Of a DNA stretch of 64,000 nucleotides, positions 40,185 to 50,825 are shown piece by piece. Source of the stretch: a virus; IMG/VR virus record IMGVR_UViG_3300042894_006198, positions 1 through 64,000 of that record. One strand, 5' to 3'. Within the stretch, counting starts at the first letter, position 1; each line of letters starts with the position of its first letter. A program made the position numbers and the translations under genes. The notes under the pieces were generated by a model. It saw nothing but the letters and a program-made list of their open reading frames with translations, had not been told where the DNA came from and did not search any database.

Positions 40185-42883
40185 TGGAAATAACAGTAAA
40201 CGGATTTACATTTGTTCTTTCACCTAGCAATAGAGTAATTGTCAAAGGTGGTGGAATTCGTGGTTCAGGTATTGACCTTGGCTCAATTGATTCATTTACA
40301 CCTAGTTCTTTTTTAGGTGGCATTAAAGGTGTTCCTGCAGCATCAAATGTACAAGATCAACTTCAGGCAACTGCCGCTAACATACCTGAAGTTGTTGCAG
40401 CACTACAAACTAAACCTAAAGAAGAAACAGCACCACCTGCAACTGAATCAAAACCTGTTCAAGAAGAACCTTTACCACCCGCAGCAACCAATAGTGCCAA
40501 TGAAACTGAATCACAAAATGAAACATATACAGGCGCACAAGATGATAATACGCCAAGAGAAACAAGTCAATCAGCAGCAGCATCTGAAACAGGGTCAGAA
40601 GTAACTGATGATATGCGTGGTGGTGTGCCTACTGAAGCACCTACAGTAAATCAAGCAAGTGCTGCAAAAACACAAACTGCTAGTAATGATACGTTGCCTG
40701 GTCGCCGTGTGTTTAACCCTTTATCACAATTATCAAGTTATACCTATCAGATTACTTGGTATATGGTTAATCCTGATGCCATAGCAAGTTTAAATAATTC
40801 TAACTATACAAATATTAATACATTTTTGCCACAAGGTAGTGGTGGACAGCCACAAGCTTATGTTATAGCGCAAAGTGGTGGTGTGGGGGATCCAAAGTAT
40901 AGACCTCCTGGGATTTATTATGATTACTATATCGACGATTTACAATTTAAAACGGCGTTGAGAATACCTGGCGGTCCTGCTAGTGGTATGAATTTTGAGT
41001 TTAAAATTGTTGAACCAAATAGTTTTGGCTTAGCTACTCAACTTGTCATGGCAGCAAATACGTTATACAAAAATAGTAAAATACTTAATAACAGAGATCC
41101 CAAGAAAACACCCTTACCATTGGATCAACATTTTGTACTTGCTATACGTTTTTATGGTTATGATGAAAATGGAACTGTTATTGATGCAACTAAGTTTTCA
41201 TCTAAAGATACTATGGGTGGTAACCCTAGCGCAGTATTTGAGCGTTATTACTTAATTAAAATTACTGAATTTAAGTTTAAACTAGATGGTAAAGCTACTA
41301 CTTACAATATTAAAGCAGCACCTGTGCCCATGTCTGAGGCATATGGAACAAAACGTGGGTTAATTTCTACACAAATTTCTTGTAAAGGTGGCAATGTTGA
41401 ATCTGTATTAACAGGTAATGATGGATTAATTACACAATTAAATAAAATACAAGAAGATTTAGTCAAAAGTAACTTATATAAACTAGCGGACAAATATGAA
41501 ATTAAGTTTGAACAATCAAGTATTATACCACAAGCTAAACTTAATAATGCTAAGCAAGATAAATCTAATACAGTAACATCTCCTGTCAATAGCACTGTAG
41601 ATAATAATCCACAACAAGCAGCTAAAGCTGTAGCATTATCAACGGAAACAAATATTCCAATTACACCACAACCTATATTATCAGCTATTGATAAAATAAT
41701 TTCACAAAGCGAATATGTATTATCAGCATTAAATCAAGTTAATACGCCTGATTCGTCTACAGGTGAAACGGATCCTAAACCACCATCAAAAGAATTAAAT
41801 TGGTACCATATTAATCCTATTGTAGAACCTTATGGATGGGATGAATTACGTAAAGATTGGGCGTATAAATTAACTTATCAAGTACATGAGTATAAAATAC
41901 CTTATCTAAGAAGCCCATATACAGGTTCACGAGCAGAGTACAGCGGACCACACAAGCGTTATGAATATTGGTTTACAGGGCAAAATAGTGAAATAATTAA
42001 TTATGAACAAACCTATAATGGGTTATACTATTTGTTATTTGCTCAAATTTCAGGTGATAATAAAACTATATCTGATGGTAACGGTAATGCACCTATAGCA
42101 GCAGTTGGTGGTCCGCCTCAAGCAACAGATAGTAGCGGTGGTGGCATTGCAGGTGGACAATCTGCACAAATTCAAAACTTCTTATATAGCCCAAAAGATC
42201 AAGCACAATTTAAGGCAACTATATTAGGCGATCCTGATTACCTAACACAAAGCGTAGGTATGAACACACTGAATACTAATTTTTATAAAAAGTTTAGTGT
42301 ATATGGTTATGATGGGTTTACTATAAATCCTAATGGTGGCGAAGTTTTTATAGAAATAACCTTTAAAGAACCTGTTGACTATAATGCATCGATTGACCCT
42401 AATACACGTGTTGTTTCTTATAATGATGAAAATGGTTTATTAGGTATTAATCAAAGTGTAAGTTTTTATAGCCCAAAATTGTTTAGTAATCAAGCAGCAG
42501 AGAGTAAATCTTTAGTATATATGTTGGTTACTGTGACAAGTTCGTTTTCACGTGGACGTTTTACGCAGGAATTAAGTGGTGTTCTCATCGACCCAGGTGC
42601 CTTCTTCCAACGTCGAAAACAAAGTGGTGGACAACAAAACGGGCAAAACCCACGAGAAGAATCACAAGTTGCTACGCAGAATAACCAAAATCAACGAGCA
42701 GGTGATTTGGTTGTAGCCCCACAAGTGGGTAGTCAGCCACCCTATGATGAGTCTACCGAGCACACCCCTAGTATCGTCAACCAAACTAACAATGATGACA
42801 ACGATAACAGAAATGAAAATGCTAGATTATTAGCAAGAGTACCTGCACCTGATAGCACACGTGAAGAGCCTCCACCAACATAG
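40184..42883 (+). CDS. Baseplate hub protein (gp27/gpD-like)
   Basis: Position between gp53 and gp5; FEFKIVEP, TILGDPDYL, VTSSFSRGRFTQEL motifs; disordered termini. Confidence 0.55.
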   Translation: MEITVNGFTFVLSPSNRVIVKGGGIRGSGIDLGSIDSFTPSSFLGGIKGVPAASNVQDQLQATAANIPEVVAALQTKPKEETAPPATESKPVQEEPLPPAATNSANETESQNETYTGAQDDNTPRETSQSAAASETGSEVTDDMRGGVPTEAPTVNQASAAKTQTASNDTLPGRRVFNPLSQLSSYTYQITWYMVNPDAIASLNNSNYTNINTFLPQGSGGQPQAYVIAQSGGVGDPKYRPPGIYYDYYIDDLQFKTALRIPGGPASGMNFEFKIVEPNSFGLATQLVMAANTLYKNSKILNNRDPKKTPLPLDQHFVLAIRFYGYDENGTVIDATKFSSKDTMGGNPSAVFERYYLIKITEFKFKLDGKATTYNIKAAPVPMSEAYGTKRGLISTQISCKGGNVESVLTGNDGLITQLNKIQEDLVKSNLYKLADKYEIKFEQSSIIPQAKLNNAKQDKSNTVTSPVNSTVDNNPQQAAKAVALSTETNIPITPQPILSAIDKIISQSEYVLSALNQVNTPDSSTGETDPKPPSKELNWYHINPIVEPYGWDELRKDWAYKLTYQVHEYKIPYLRSPYTGSRAEYSGPHKRYEYWFTGQNSEIINYEQTYNGLYYLLFAQISGDNKTISDGNGNAPIAAVGGPPQATDSSGGGIAGGQSAQIQNFLYSPKDQAQFKATILGDPDYLTQSVGMNTLNTNFYKKFSVYGYDGFTINPNGGEVFIEITFKEPVDYNASIDPNTRVVSYNDENGLLGINQSVSFYSPKLFSNQAAESKSLVYMLVTVTSSFSRGRFTQELSGVLIDPGAFFQRRKQSGGQQNGQNPREESQVATQNNQNQRAGDLVVAPQVGSQPPYDESTEHTPSIVNQTNNDDNDNRNENARLLARVPAPDSTREEPPPT

Positions 42884-42893
42884 AGTATAACAT

Positions 42894-45800
42894 ATGGCAA
42901 ATAATATACAAAAATCAACGGGAGTACCTGAACAACTTAAGACTGACCGTGGTAATGCGTTCTTAATTTCAGAACCACGTATTGGCATTGTTAAATCTAC
43001 TATTGATGCATGTCATAGCGGTATAATACAAGTATGGATAGCAGGTTTACAACAAAGTAATAATCCTGAAGATAATGCATATTGGATTCCTGTGCGTTAT
43101 ATGAGTCCATTTTATGGTGTATTAGATAGTAGCAGTGCAGGTGATTCTTATGGTGACTTTAAAAATAATCCACAAAGTTATGGATTTTGGGCTACACCAC
43201 CTGATATAGGCACTGAAGTAATTTGTGTATTTGTTAATGGTTCGATTAATCAAGGTTATTATATAGGTTGTATACCTAAGGTTGAAGCACATAATATGGT
43301 TCCTGCGGTGGCGCCTGGGAACAAGCGGTTTATTCCAAATAGCACAGAAGCTAGTGCTTATGGTGCAGCGGATGCATTACCTACAAGTGAAATTAATACT
43401 AATAACGATGGCGTTAATGATAGTTCTACTTTTTATGATCAACCACGTCCTGTGCATAGTTATCAAGCGGCAATTTTAGCACAACAAGGACTAATTCGTG
43501 ATACAACACGTGGTGTAATTAGTAGTAGTTCATATCGTGAAACACCAAGTAGAGTATTTGGCATCAGCACCCCAGGTGGCGAAATCTACGAAGGTGGTTT
43601 TAATAACAAAACCATTAAACAAGCTATTAAAAACGAAAAAAATCCTAAAAAGTTTAAAGTAATTGGGCGAACAGGTGGTCATTCATTAGTCATGGATGAT
43701 GGTGATATTGAAGGTGGTAATCAACAAATAAGATTACGCAGTGCAGGTGGTCATCAAATTACAATGAGTGATGATGGACAAACATTGTTTATCATACATA
43801 GTAATGGTCAAAGTTGGGTTGAGTTAAACAGTGAAGGTGCTATTGATATATTTTCTACTAATAGCTTTAATGTTAGGACATTAGGTGATATTAATTTTCA
43901 TGCTGACCAAAACATTAACATTAATGCTAAAAAAGAATTACGTATTAAAGCAGAGAGTATTGGTATAGAAAGTGACACAACATTGACCCAACGTGTAGGC
44001 ACTGATCATGCAGTTAGTGCGGGTGGCAAACATACAATGTTTGTTGGTGGTGCCATGAGTTTACAAAGTGGTGGAGATGCTAGTTTTGCTAGTAAAGCCA
44101 CAACCTACATTAATGGCGGTCCTGACATTAACCTAAACACAGGAGCAACAGGAACAGTACCTGAAGAAGTTCCAAAAAATGAACCTAAAAATCATAATGA
44201 TACAACTTATTCACAAGAAAAAGGATGGTTTAGTTCACCTTTAAAATTACAAAGTATTGTATCACGTGCACCAACACATTATCCCATGGCAGAAACTGAT
44301 GGTTCAACAGGTGGTGTGGCAGTACAGGCTAATTTAGTAGCACCTGCTTCGCCACCACAGCCACCTGCAGCAACACAAGCTGTTATAGATTCTGCACCAA
44401 GTGCACCACAAACTCCTGTATCTTCATCAGTTACCGCAGCTAATTCTAATATACCTATACCATCAAAGAATGCATTACCTACGCCAACTACATTAGCCAT
44501 GGTGTCACAAAATGCAGTAAACAATGCAGGATTAAGTACAGCAGCAGCAACTGCACAAGGTGTTGTAGGAGCAGGTGTATCGACGGTAACACAGATGATG
44601 AATGCAGGGCTTATGAAGCCAGGCGCAGACCTAGTTATCCAACGCCAATTACAAGCAGGATTACCCGCAGATAAAGCTATTACATCAAATTTATTAACAG
44701 GTGTATTAGGAGCATCTACGCCACAGCAATTGTTAAACAATGTTGGTGCACAAGCTAGCGCATTTGTACAAAATGTAAACCAAGGTGTACAACAGCTACA
44801 AGCAACAGGAGCAATAACTTCTAACTTAGCACCTACACAAGTAGCAGGTATGGCAATGGCAGTTGCTAATCAAGGATTATCAACAGTAACACAAGCCTTA
44901 GGTGGTAACGCACAAGCTGTGGCAAAAATTGGTGGTGACATTGCTAGTGGTAATTTTGCAAGTGGTTTAGCAGATAAATTGGCAAGTGGTGGGGCAGGTG
45001 TTGCAGCTAGTATAGGTGGTGCCATATCAGGTGCATTAACAGCGGCAGGTAGTGCCATAAGCGGAGCAGCAGGTGCATTAGGTGGTGCACTTAGTGGGGC
45101 AGCAGGTGCACTTAGTGGGGCAGCGGGGGCATTAGGTGGCGCAGTAGGTGGTTTATTAGGCTCAGTAACAAGTAAAGCAGGGCAATTAATTTCATTATCT
45201 GAGCAAGCATTCCGTGGCATTGAAGCATCATTTACAAGTTTTAAAGCAAACGTACCAAATGTGGGTGGTGGTGGCAATCCTGTATTACCACAAAGTGACA
45301 CAGTGAAGAAATTTGCAAATGTTGCACAATTAGAAAAAGAAGTTAAAGATGCAAAAAACACTTATTATGGTGATAAGACAGATGAAAATAAAGCAGCATG
45401 GGATGCAGCGTTAGAAAAATTAAAACAAGCGGAGCAAGAAGTAGAAAAAGACGCTAAATCAATTGTTGCAGGTGCAGCGTCAGGTTTACCAAGTGCAGTA
45501 GGTGGGGTTATTAACGCACAGAATATGCAAGGTTTGGCTAATAAAATTACGGGTGGTATTGCAGAAGTTGGTACTAGTGCAACAAGTGGACTAAACGCCC
45601 TCCCAGGCGGCATCACCACTATGATGAATACCGTAAAGAATGCGATCCCTGGTACCGCCACCTCCAACCCACTTGCCCAAATTGGTGCAGCAGTAGGTTT
45701 AGGTGCTGCAGGAAGTTCAATTAATAATATCTTACAAAATGCATCACCTGCAGCAGGGTTAGTTAATTCATTATCAGGTGCAGTAAATAATACCTTAGCC

Positions 45801-46343
45801 AAAGCAGCGGGTGGGTTAAGTTCATTACCTAGTGCAATATCTGCGCCTAATATTAGTTTAGATGCTATGAAAGGTGAATTAACAAAATCAGCAGGAGCTA
45901 TAACAGGTAAATTAAATGCAGGATTAGGTTCACTAGGATCAAGTGCAGGTGCCTTTAAAGTACCAACTATTGCAACAAATACATTTAATAACGATGCTAT
46001 AGTGGCAAAAGCAGGTAGTTTAGTAGGTGATTCTAGCATACCTGCACCTGTGTTTACCCCACAACCTAAAAAGCAACAAGATCCTGATGAACAATTATCA
46101 GCATTAGAACAAGCATATCAAAAAGTACAAGAAGAAACAGCAAAAAGTAAAGAACTTCTTTTATATAGACAAAAGATTAGTCAGAACTATGAAGAAGGAA
46201 AAATTGATAAAGACGCTTATCTAAGATTATTGAAACTGTGGGTAGAAAAGGCAGATGCAAGACTTAAAAGTCAAGAAGCGGCTGAAGCAGCATATGCAGC
46301 ATTACTTAAAGGTGAATCAGCAGGTGATGGAACTGCTACATAA
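42894..46343 (+). CDS. gp5: Central spike gp5/VgrG-like protein with long Gly/Ala-rich C-terminal extension
   Basis: OB fold (GIIQVWI..WIPVRYMSPF..PPDIGTEVICVF), beta-helix repeats (GHSLVMDD, GHQITMSDD, SWVELNSEG); no lysozyme motif seen. Confidence 0.75.
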   Translation: MANNIQKSTGVPEQLKTDRGNAFLISEPRIGIVKSTIDACHSGIIQVWIAGLQQSNNPEDNAYWIPVRYMSPFYGVLDSSSAGDSYGDFKNNPQSYGFWATPPDIGTEVICVFVNGSINQGYYIGCIPKVEAHNMVPAVAPGNKRFIPNSTEASAYGAADALPTSEINTNNDGVNDSSTFYDQPRPVHSYQAAILAQQGLIRDTTRGVISSSSYRETPSRVFGISTPGGEIYEGGFNNKTIKQAIKNEKNPKKFKVIGRTGGHSLVMDDGDIEGGNQQIRLRSAGGHQITMSDDGQTLFIIHSNGQSWVELNSEGAIDIFSTNSFNVRTLGDINFHADQNININAKKELRIKAESIGIESDTTLTQRVGTDHAVSAGGKHTMFVGGAMSLQSGGDASFASKATTYINGGPDINLNTGATGTVPEEVPKNEPKNHNDTTYSQEKGWFSSPLKLQSIVSRAPTHYPMAETDGSTGGVAVQANLVAPASPPQPPAATQAVIDSAPSAPQTPVSSSVTAANSNIPIPSKNALPTPTTLAMVSQNAVNNAGLSTAAATAQGVVGAGVSTVTQMMNAGLMKPGADLVIQRQLQAGLPADKAITSNLLTGVLGASTPQQLLNNVGAQASAFVQNVNQGVQQLQATGAITSNLAPTQVAGMAMAVANQGLSTVTQALGGNAQAVAKIGGDIASGNFASGLADKLASGGAGVAASIGGAISGALTAAGSAISGAAGALGGALSGAAGALSGAAGALGGAVGGLLGSVTSKAGQLISLSEQAFRGIEASFTSFKANVPNVGGGGNPVLPQSDTVKKFANVAQLEKEVKDAKNTYYGDKTDENKAAWDAALEKLKQAEQEVEKDAKSIVAGAASGLPSAVGGVINAQNMQGLANKITGGIAEVGTSATSGLNALPGGITTMMNTVKNAIPGTATSNPLAQIGAAVGLGAAGSSINNILQNASPAAGLVNSLSGAVNNTLAKAAGGLSSLPSAISAPNISLDAMKGELTKSAGAITGKLNAGLGSLGSSAGAFKVPTIATNTFNNDAIVAKAGSLVGDSSIPAPVFTPQPKKQQDPDEQLSALEQAYQKVQEETAKSKELLLYRQKISQNYEEGKIDKDAYLRLLKLWVEKADARLKSQEAAEAAYAALLKGESAGDGTAT

Positions 46344-46365
46344 CATAGGTTATAAATAATATATT

Positions 46366-46812
46366 ATGGCTACATACTACGGATTTTCAACGCAAGAAAT
46401 AGGGCAATTAACACGCCTCACCGAACCAGGCAAAGACGGTGGCGTTGCAGGTATTTCCAAACCTGTTCCTATAACTAAAAAATTCACACTAGTTGATCAA
46501 AATCTTGTTATTCGTGATTTATTAAATGCTTTTAATATTAGACAAGGCGACAAAGTCGGTCAACCAAGTTACGGTTGCGTACTATGGAATTTTGTCTTTG
46601 AACCAAACAACTTAACAGTACTTGGGCAGATTGAAGATGAAGTACGTCGAATTGTTAATTCTGATCCAAGAATTATTCTAAATTCAGTTTATATTAATAA
46701 TCAAGAAAATGGCGTATTGATTGAATTAGAACTTGCCTTTACACCATTTAATACACCACTAGATTTAGGAATTCTTTTAGATAGGAATTTAGGGGTCGCT
46801 ACAACGGTATAA
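46366..46812 (+). CDS. gp25: Baseplate wedge protein gp25-like
   Basis: DLLNAFNIRQGDKVGQPSYGCVLWNFVFEP..DPRI; TATAAATA at 46351-46358. Confidence 0.88.
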   Translation: MATYYGFSTQEIGQLTRLTEPGKDGGVAGISKPVPITKKFTLVDQNLVIRDLLNAFNIRQGDKVGQPSYGCVLWNFVFEPNNLTVLGQIEDEVRRIVNSDPRIILNSVYINNQENGVLIELELAFTPFNTPLDLGILLDRNLGVATTV

Positions 46813-46833
46813 ATATCAATATAAGGACAACAT

Positions 46834-49800
46834 ATGGCATCTAGTAGCAGACAAAGTGCGCTTTTTGGTGTACAAGATTGGAAAAAAATATATCAAACTT
46901 ATCGTGAGGCTGATTTTGTAAGCTACGATTATGAAACCTTACGTAAAACATTTATTGACTATCTTACTACCTACTACCCCGAAACATTTAATGACTACAT
47001 AGAAAGTAGTGAATTTATCGCATTACTTGATGTAATGGCATATATGGGTCAAGCACTTGCTTTTCGTAGTGACCTTAACGCACGTGAAAATTTTATTGAT
47101 ACAGCAGAAAGACGTGACAGTGTTATTAAACTTGCCAATCTTGTTAGTTATACACCAAAAAGAAATATTACAGCACAAGGTACTTTAAAAATAACTGCTA
47201 TACAAACTACTGAGGATATACGTGACATCAATGGTACACCACTAGCTAATCAACCTATACAGTGGAATGATCCTGCTAATCCATATTGGCAAACTCAATT
47301 TAATTCAATTATTAATAGTTCGCTTATTAGTAGTCAGTACGTTGGTCGCCCAGGCAACTCTGCCACCCTACTTGGTATAAAAACTGATGAGTATACGTTG
47401 AGTATCCCTGGGGGGTATTTGCCTATTGTTCCATTTGTAGCACAAGTGGATGGTGTTGATATGAACTTTGAAGCAGTTAGTGTAACTAGTTTAAATCGTG
47501 ATTATCTTTATGAAATTCCACCTGCTCCTAGTGGTGCATTTAACATATTATATCAAAATGATCGTCTAGGTTTTGGCAGTGCTAATACAGGATGGTTTGT
47601 ATATTTTAAACAAGGTGTACTACAAAACGTTGATTTTAATTTTCCTGATGCAGTAGAAAATAATGTGCAACTTGTTAATATTGAAGGTATTAATAATACT
47701 GATACATGGCTATACAAATTAGACTCGCAAGGTAATACAGAACAATTATGGACTCAAGTTGAAAGTATCTACGCAAATGCACAACTACAACTTGAAAACA
47801 GTTTACGCACTATTTTCAGTGTAACATCAAGAGCAAATGACCAAGTTACCTATGTGTTTGGTGATGGCGTATTTGCTGAAATACCTGTAGGTAGTTTTAG
47901 AGCGTATGTACGCAGTGGCAATGCACTAAAGTATACCATTGATCCTAATGAAATACAAGGCATTACAGTAAATATTGGTTACTTAAGTCGTACCAATCGT
48001 ATCGAAACCTTAACACTTACTCTAAGCTTACAAAACCCAATTAACACAGCACTTACACGTGAAAGTTTAGCAAGCATTAAAGAACGTGCACCTGCAAGAT
48101 ATTATACACAAAATCGTATGGTAAATGGTGAAGATTATACTAATTTCCCATATACTTTATACAATAGTATTGTCAAATCTAAAGCATTAAATCGCAGTAG
48201 TATTGGTGTAACACGTAGCTTAGATTTATTAGACCCAACAGGAAAATATAGTAGTACTAATGTATTTGCTAACGATGGTGCATTATGGATCGTTGATGGT
48301 GATGATCCTACAACAGGAGCACCAACTTCTGCAACTACTTTTAGCTTAAGTAATATTAATTTTGCTACAGAATTTTTAACGCAATCATTTAAACAAATTA
48401 TTAGTAGTTCACAATGTCAACAATATTATCTACAATATTATCCACGTTATAGTGGATATTACACACCCGCAGGTGTAAGTGGTAGTTATCAAGTATATTG
48501 GAACTTATCAACAGTCAATAGTGATAATGTAACAGGCTACTTTTATATAAGCACGACAGCAGATTACCCCCAAACGGTAGGTCCGTTAAATGGAACAGAC
48601 TTGCGTTATATTGCACAAGGTACGCTGATTAAGTTTGTTTGTCCTAACCCTGATACACAATGTTTTGATAAAAATAATCGCATTGTAACACGCCAACCAA
48701 ATTATATTATAGGTGACAAAACTTATATTTGGGTTGGGGTGGAAGAAGTTATAGGTGATGGTGAAAACTTTGGTAATGGTAATCTTGAAAACGGAAGCGG
48801 TCCAATTACCCTAAGTGAGTATGTTCCACAAACTGCTATTATTGATAAAACACTAAGTTCAACTTATACGGTAACGGCTATAACGAAGGCGACTCCTGGC
48901 ATTGTTACTACGAGCGGTACACATTTATTAGTTGATGGTCAAGAAGTAGTACTAACAGGTGTTGTTGGTATGACTGAAGTCAATGCTAAAACATATTATG
49001 CTAAAGTAACGGGTTATTCAACTACTACATTTGCTCTATACAATGATCCTGCGCTAGAAAACCCTGTAAACACATCCATATATACAACCTATGTTAGTGG
49101 TGGTACGGTGACAACCACTGCAACAGGGATTATTCCATCAATTGATACATCATTAAGTAATACTATTATTCGCCAATGTTTAAATTTAATTCAATTACGT
49201 CAAGATTTTGCGCTAAGTTTTGATAATAGTATTACTGCTAATTTAGAGCGTTGGGAAGTTGTTCAACCTATTCCAACATCTTCAGTTACGCCAACATCGT
49301 ATTTTATGAGTTTTACTTTTAATAGTGTTGATAATGTTTATTATGTTCGTTACCGTACGTTACAATATTATTTTGGTAGTGTAAGTGAAGTAAGATTTTT
49401 CTTTGATCAATTTGAAAAAGTTTTTGATAATAAGAGTGGACAAACTATAGCTGATTTTGTAAACATTCAAGGTGTTAATTCTAATTTACAATCTGCTGCG
49501 CCATTGGGAACTGATTATTTCTTAGATATTATAGCACAACCTGTACAAAGTGACGGATATGCTGATGATTATGCTGTAGAAATAACAAGTATAGATTCTG
49601 ACACAGGATATCCCATTGACCCTGATTTCTTTGAATTAATTACTGATACAACAACAAGTCCATATCCATATGTATTCTTCCGCACTGTAACTGACAGTTT
49701 AGGTTTGTATCGTCAAGAAATTGTACCTAATGGTGCTATTGTTATAGCACAGGAAACATATGCAGATGTTTATGCAAATCGTTACTTATATCCTGCAGGA

Positions 49801-50769
49801 ACAACATTTTATACAGACTATGATCCTGTTTCCTATAACATTGTAAGTATTAGTGCAGCTACACCTGCTGTTGTTACTACATTGCCACATAATTTTAGTG
49901 ATGGGCAACGTGTAGTTATTACAGGTGCAGGTACAAATAATGGTGTAAAATTTGTAAAAGTTACAGGATATACATCAACAACCTTTGCGCTTTATAGTGA
50001 TCCTAGCTTAACAACACCTGTTACAGGGGTGTCAGCAGTAAGTGGTATTGTCAAAACCGTCCCAGGTTGGTACACCACCGTACTAAACAATGTTACTAAC
50101 GTTGTTACCCTAAGCGATGTTACTGCAGATTATAGCGTTGAATCAGGACGTGGTGCTATAATTTTCCAATATCGACATAATAGTAATAATACTACCCGCA
50201 TCGACCCTGGAACCACCAACATCATTGATTTATACGTTGTAACACAACAATATTATACTGAATATACCAATTGGATTAATGATACGACAGGCGTATTGCC
50301 TGAACCATTAGTACCAACAATTAATCAACTTACTCAAGCTTATGGTGATGTTGATCAATATAAAATGTTAAGTGACAGTGTTGTATTGAATAGTGTACAG
50401 TTTAAGCCATTATTTGGACAAAAAGCTTCACCTGCATTACGTGGTACGATTAAAATTATTAAAAGTCCATTTACCACTGCTAGTGATAGTCAAATACGTA
50501 GTGCTACATTAACTGCACTGAATAATTATTTTAGTTTAGATAAGTGGAATTTTGGCGATACTTTCTATTTTAGTGAATTAACAGCTTATTTGCACGTTGA
50601 GTTAGGTGATTTGATTAATTCTGTGGTGGTAGTACCACAAGATCCTAATCAAAAATTCGGTGATTTATATGAAGTACGCTGTGCACCATACGAGATTTTT
50701 GTTAATGGTGCCACTGCAAATGATATTGTCATTGTAGCTAGCCTTACACCAACCGTTTTGCAGCAATAA
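46834..50769 (+). CDS. gp6: Baseplate wedge protein gp6-like with two E1-FCCH-like insertions
   Basis: FVSYDYETLR, RENFIDTAERRDSV, FGDGVF, TQNRMVNGEDY; TATAAATA at 46808-46815. Confidence 0.88.
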   Translation: MASSSRQSALFGVQDWKKIYQTYREADFVSYDYETLRKTFIDYLTTYYPETFNDYIESSEFIALLDVMAYMGQALAFRSDLNARENFIDTAERRDSVIKLANLVSYTPKRNITAQGTLKITAIQTTEDIRDINGTPLANQPIQWNDPANPYWQTQFNSIINSSLISSQYVGRPGNSATLLGIKTDEYTLSIPGGYLPIVPFVAQVDGVDMNFEAVSVTSLNRDYLYEIPPAPSGAFNILYQNDRLGFGSANTGWFVYFKQGVLQNVDFNFPDAVENNVQLVNIEGINNTDTWLYKLDSQGNTEQLWTQVESIYANAQLQLENSLRTIFSVTSRANDQVTYVFGDGVFAEIPVGSFRAYVRSGNALKYTIDPNEIQGITVNIGYLSRTNRIETLTLTLSLQNPINTALTRESLASIKERAPARYYTQNRMVNGEDYTNFPYTLYNSIVKSKALNRSSIGVTRSLDLLDPTGKYSSTNVFANDGALWIVDGDDPTTGAPTSATTFSLSNINFATEFLTQSFKQIISSSQCQQYYLQYYPRYSGYYTPAGVSGSYQVYWNLSTVNSDNVTGYFYISTTADYPQTVGPLNGTDLRYIAQGTLIKFVCPNPDTQCFDKNNRIVTRQPNYIIGDKTYIWVGVEEVIGDGENFGNGNLENGSGPITLSEYVPQTAIIDKTLSSTYTVTAITKATPGIVTTSGTHLLVDGQEVVLTGVVGMTEVNAKTYYAKVTGYSTTTFALYNDPALENPVNTSIYTTYVSGGTVTTTATGIIPSIDTSLSNTIIRQCLNLIQLRQDFALSFDNSITANLERWEVVQPIPTSSVTPTSYFMSFTFNSVDNVYYVRYRTLQYYFGSVSEVRFFFDQFEKVFDNKSGQTIADFVNIQGVNSNLQSAAPLGTDYFLDIIAQPVQSDGYADDYAVEITSIDSDTGYPIDPDFFELITDTTTSPYPYVFFRTVTDSLGLYRQEIVPNGAIVIAQETYADVYANRYLYPAGTTFYTDYDPVSYNIVSISAATPAVVTTLPHNFSDGQRVVITGAGTNNGVKFVKVTGYTSTTFALYSDPSLTTPVTGVSAVSGIVKTVPGWYTTVLNNVTNVVTLSDVTADYSVESGRGAIIFQYRHNSNNTTRIDPGTTNIIDLYVVTQQYYTEYTNWINDTTGVLPEPLVPTINQLTQAYGDVDQYKMLSDSVVLNSVQFKPLFGQKASPALRGTIKIIKSPFTTASDSQIRSATLTALNNYFSLDKWNFGDTFYFSELTAYLHVELGDLINSVVVVPQDPNQKFGDLYEVRCAPYEIFVNGATANDIVIVASLTPTVLQQ

Positions 50770-50774
50770 TCTAA

Positions 50775-50817
50775 ATATGCTGATAATTACGGCGACTAAA
50801 TACATTTATTAGCATAT
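50775..50817 (+). promoter_or_regulatory. 12-bp leader hairpin with a late promoter in its loop
   Basis: ATATGCTGATAA (50775-50786) pairs with TTATTAGCATAT (50806-50817), one G-U; CTAAATA at 50796-50802 and 50771-50777. Confidence 0.55.
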
Positions 50818-50825
50818 AAAATAAC

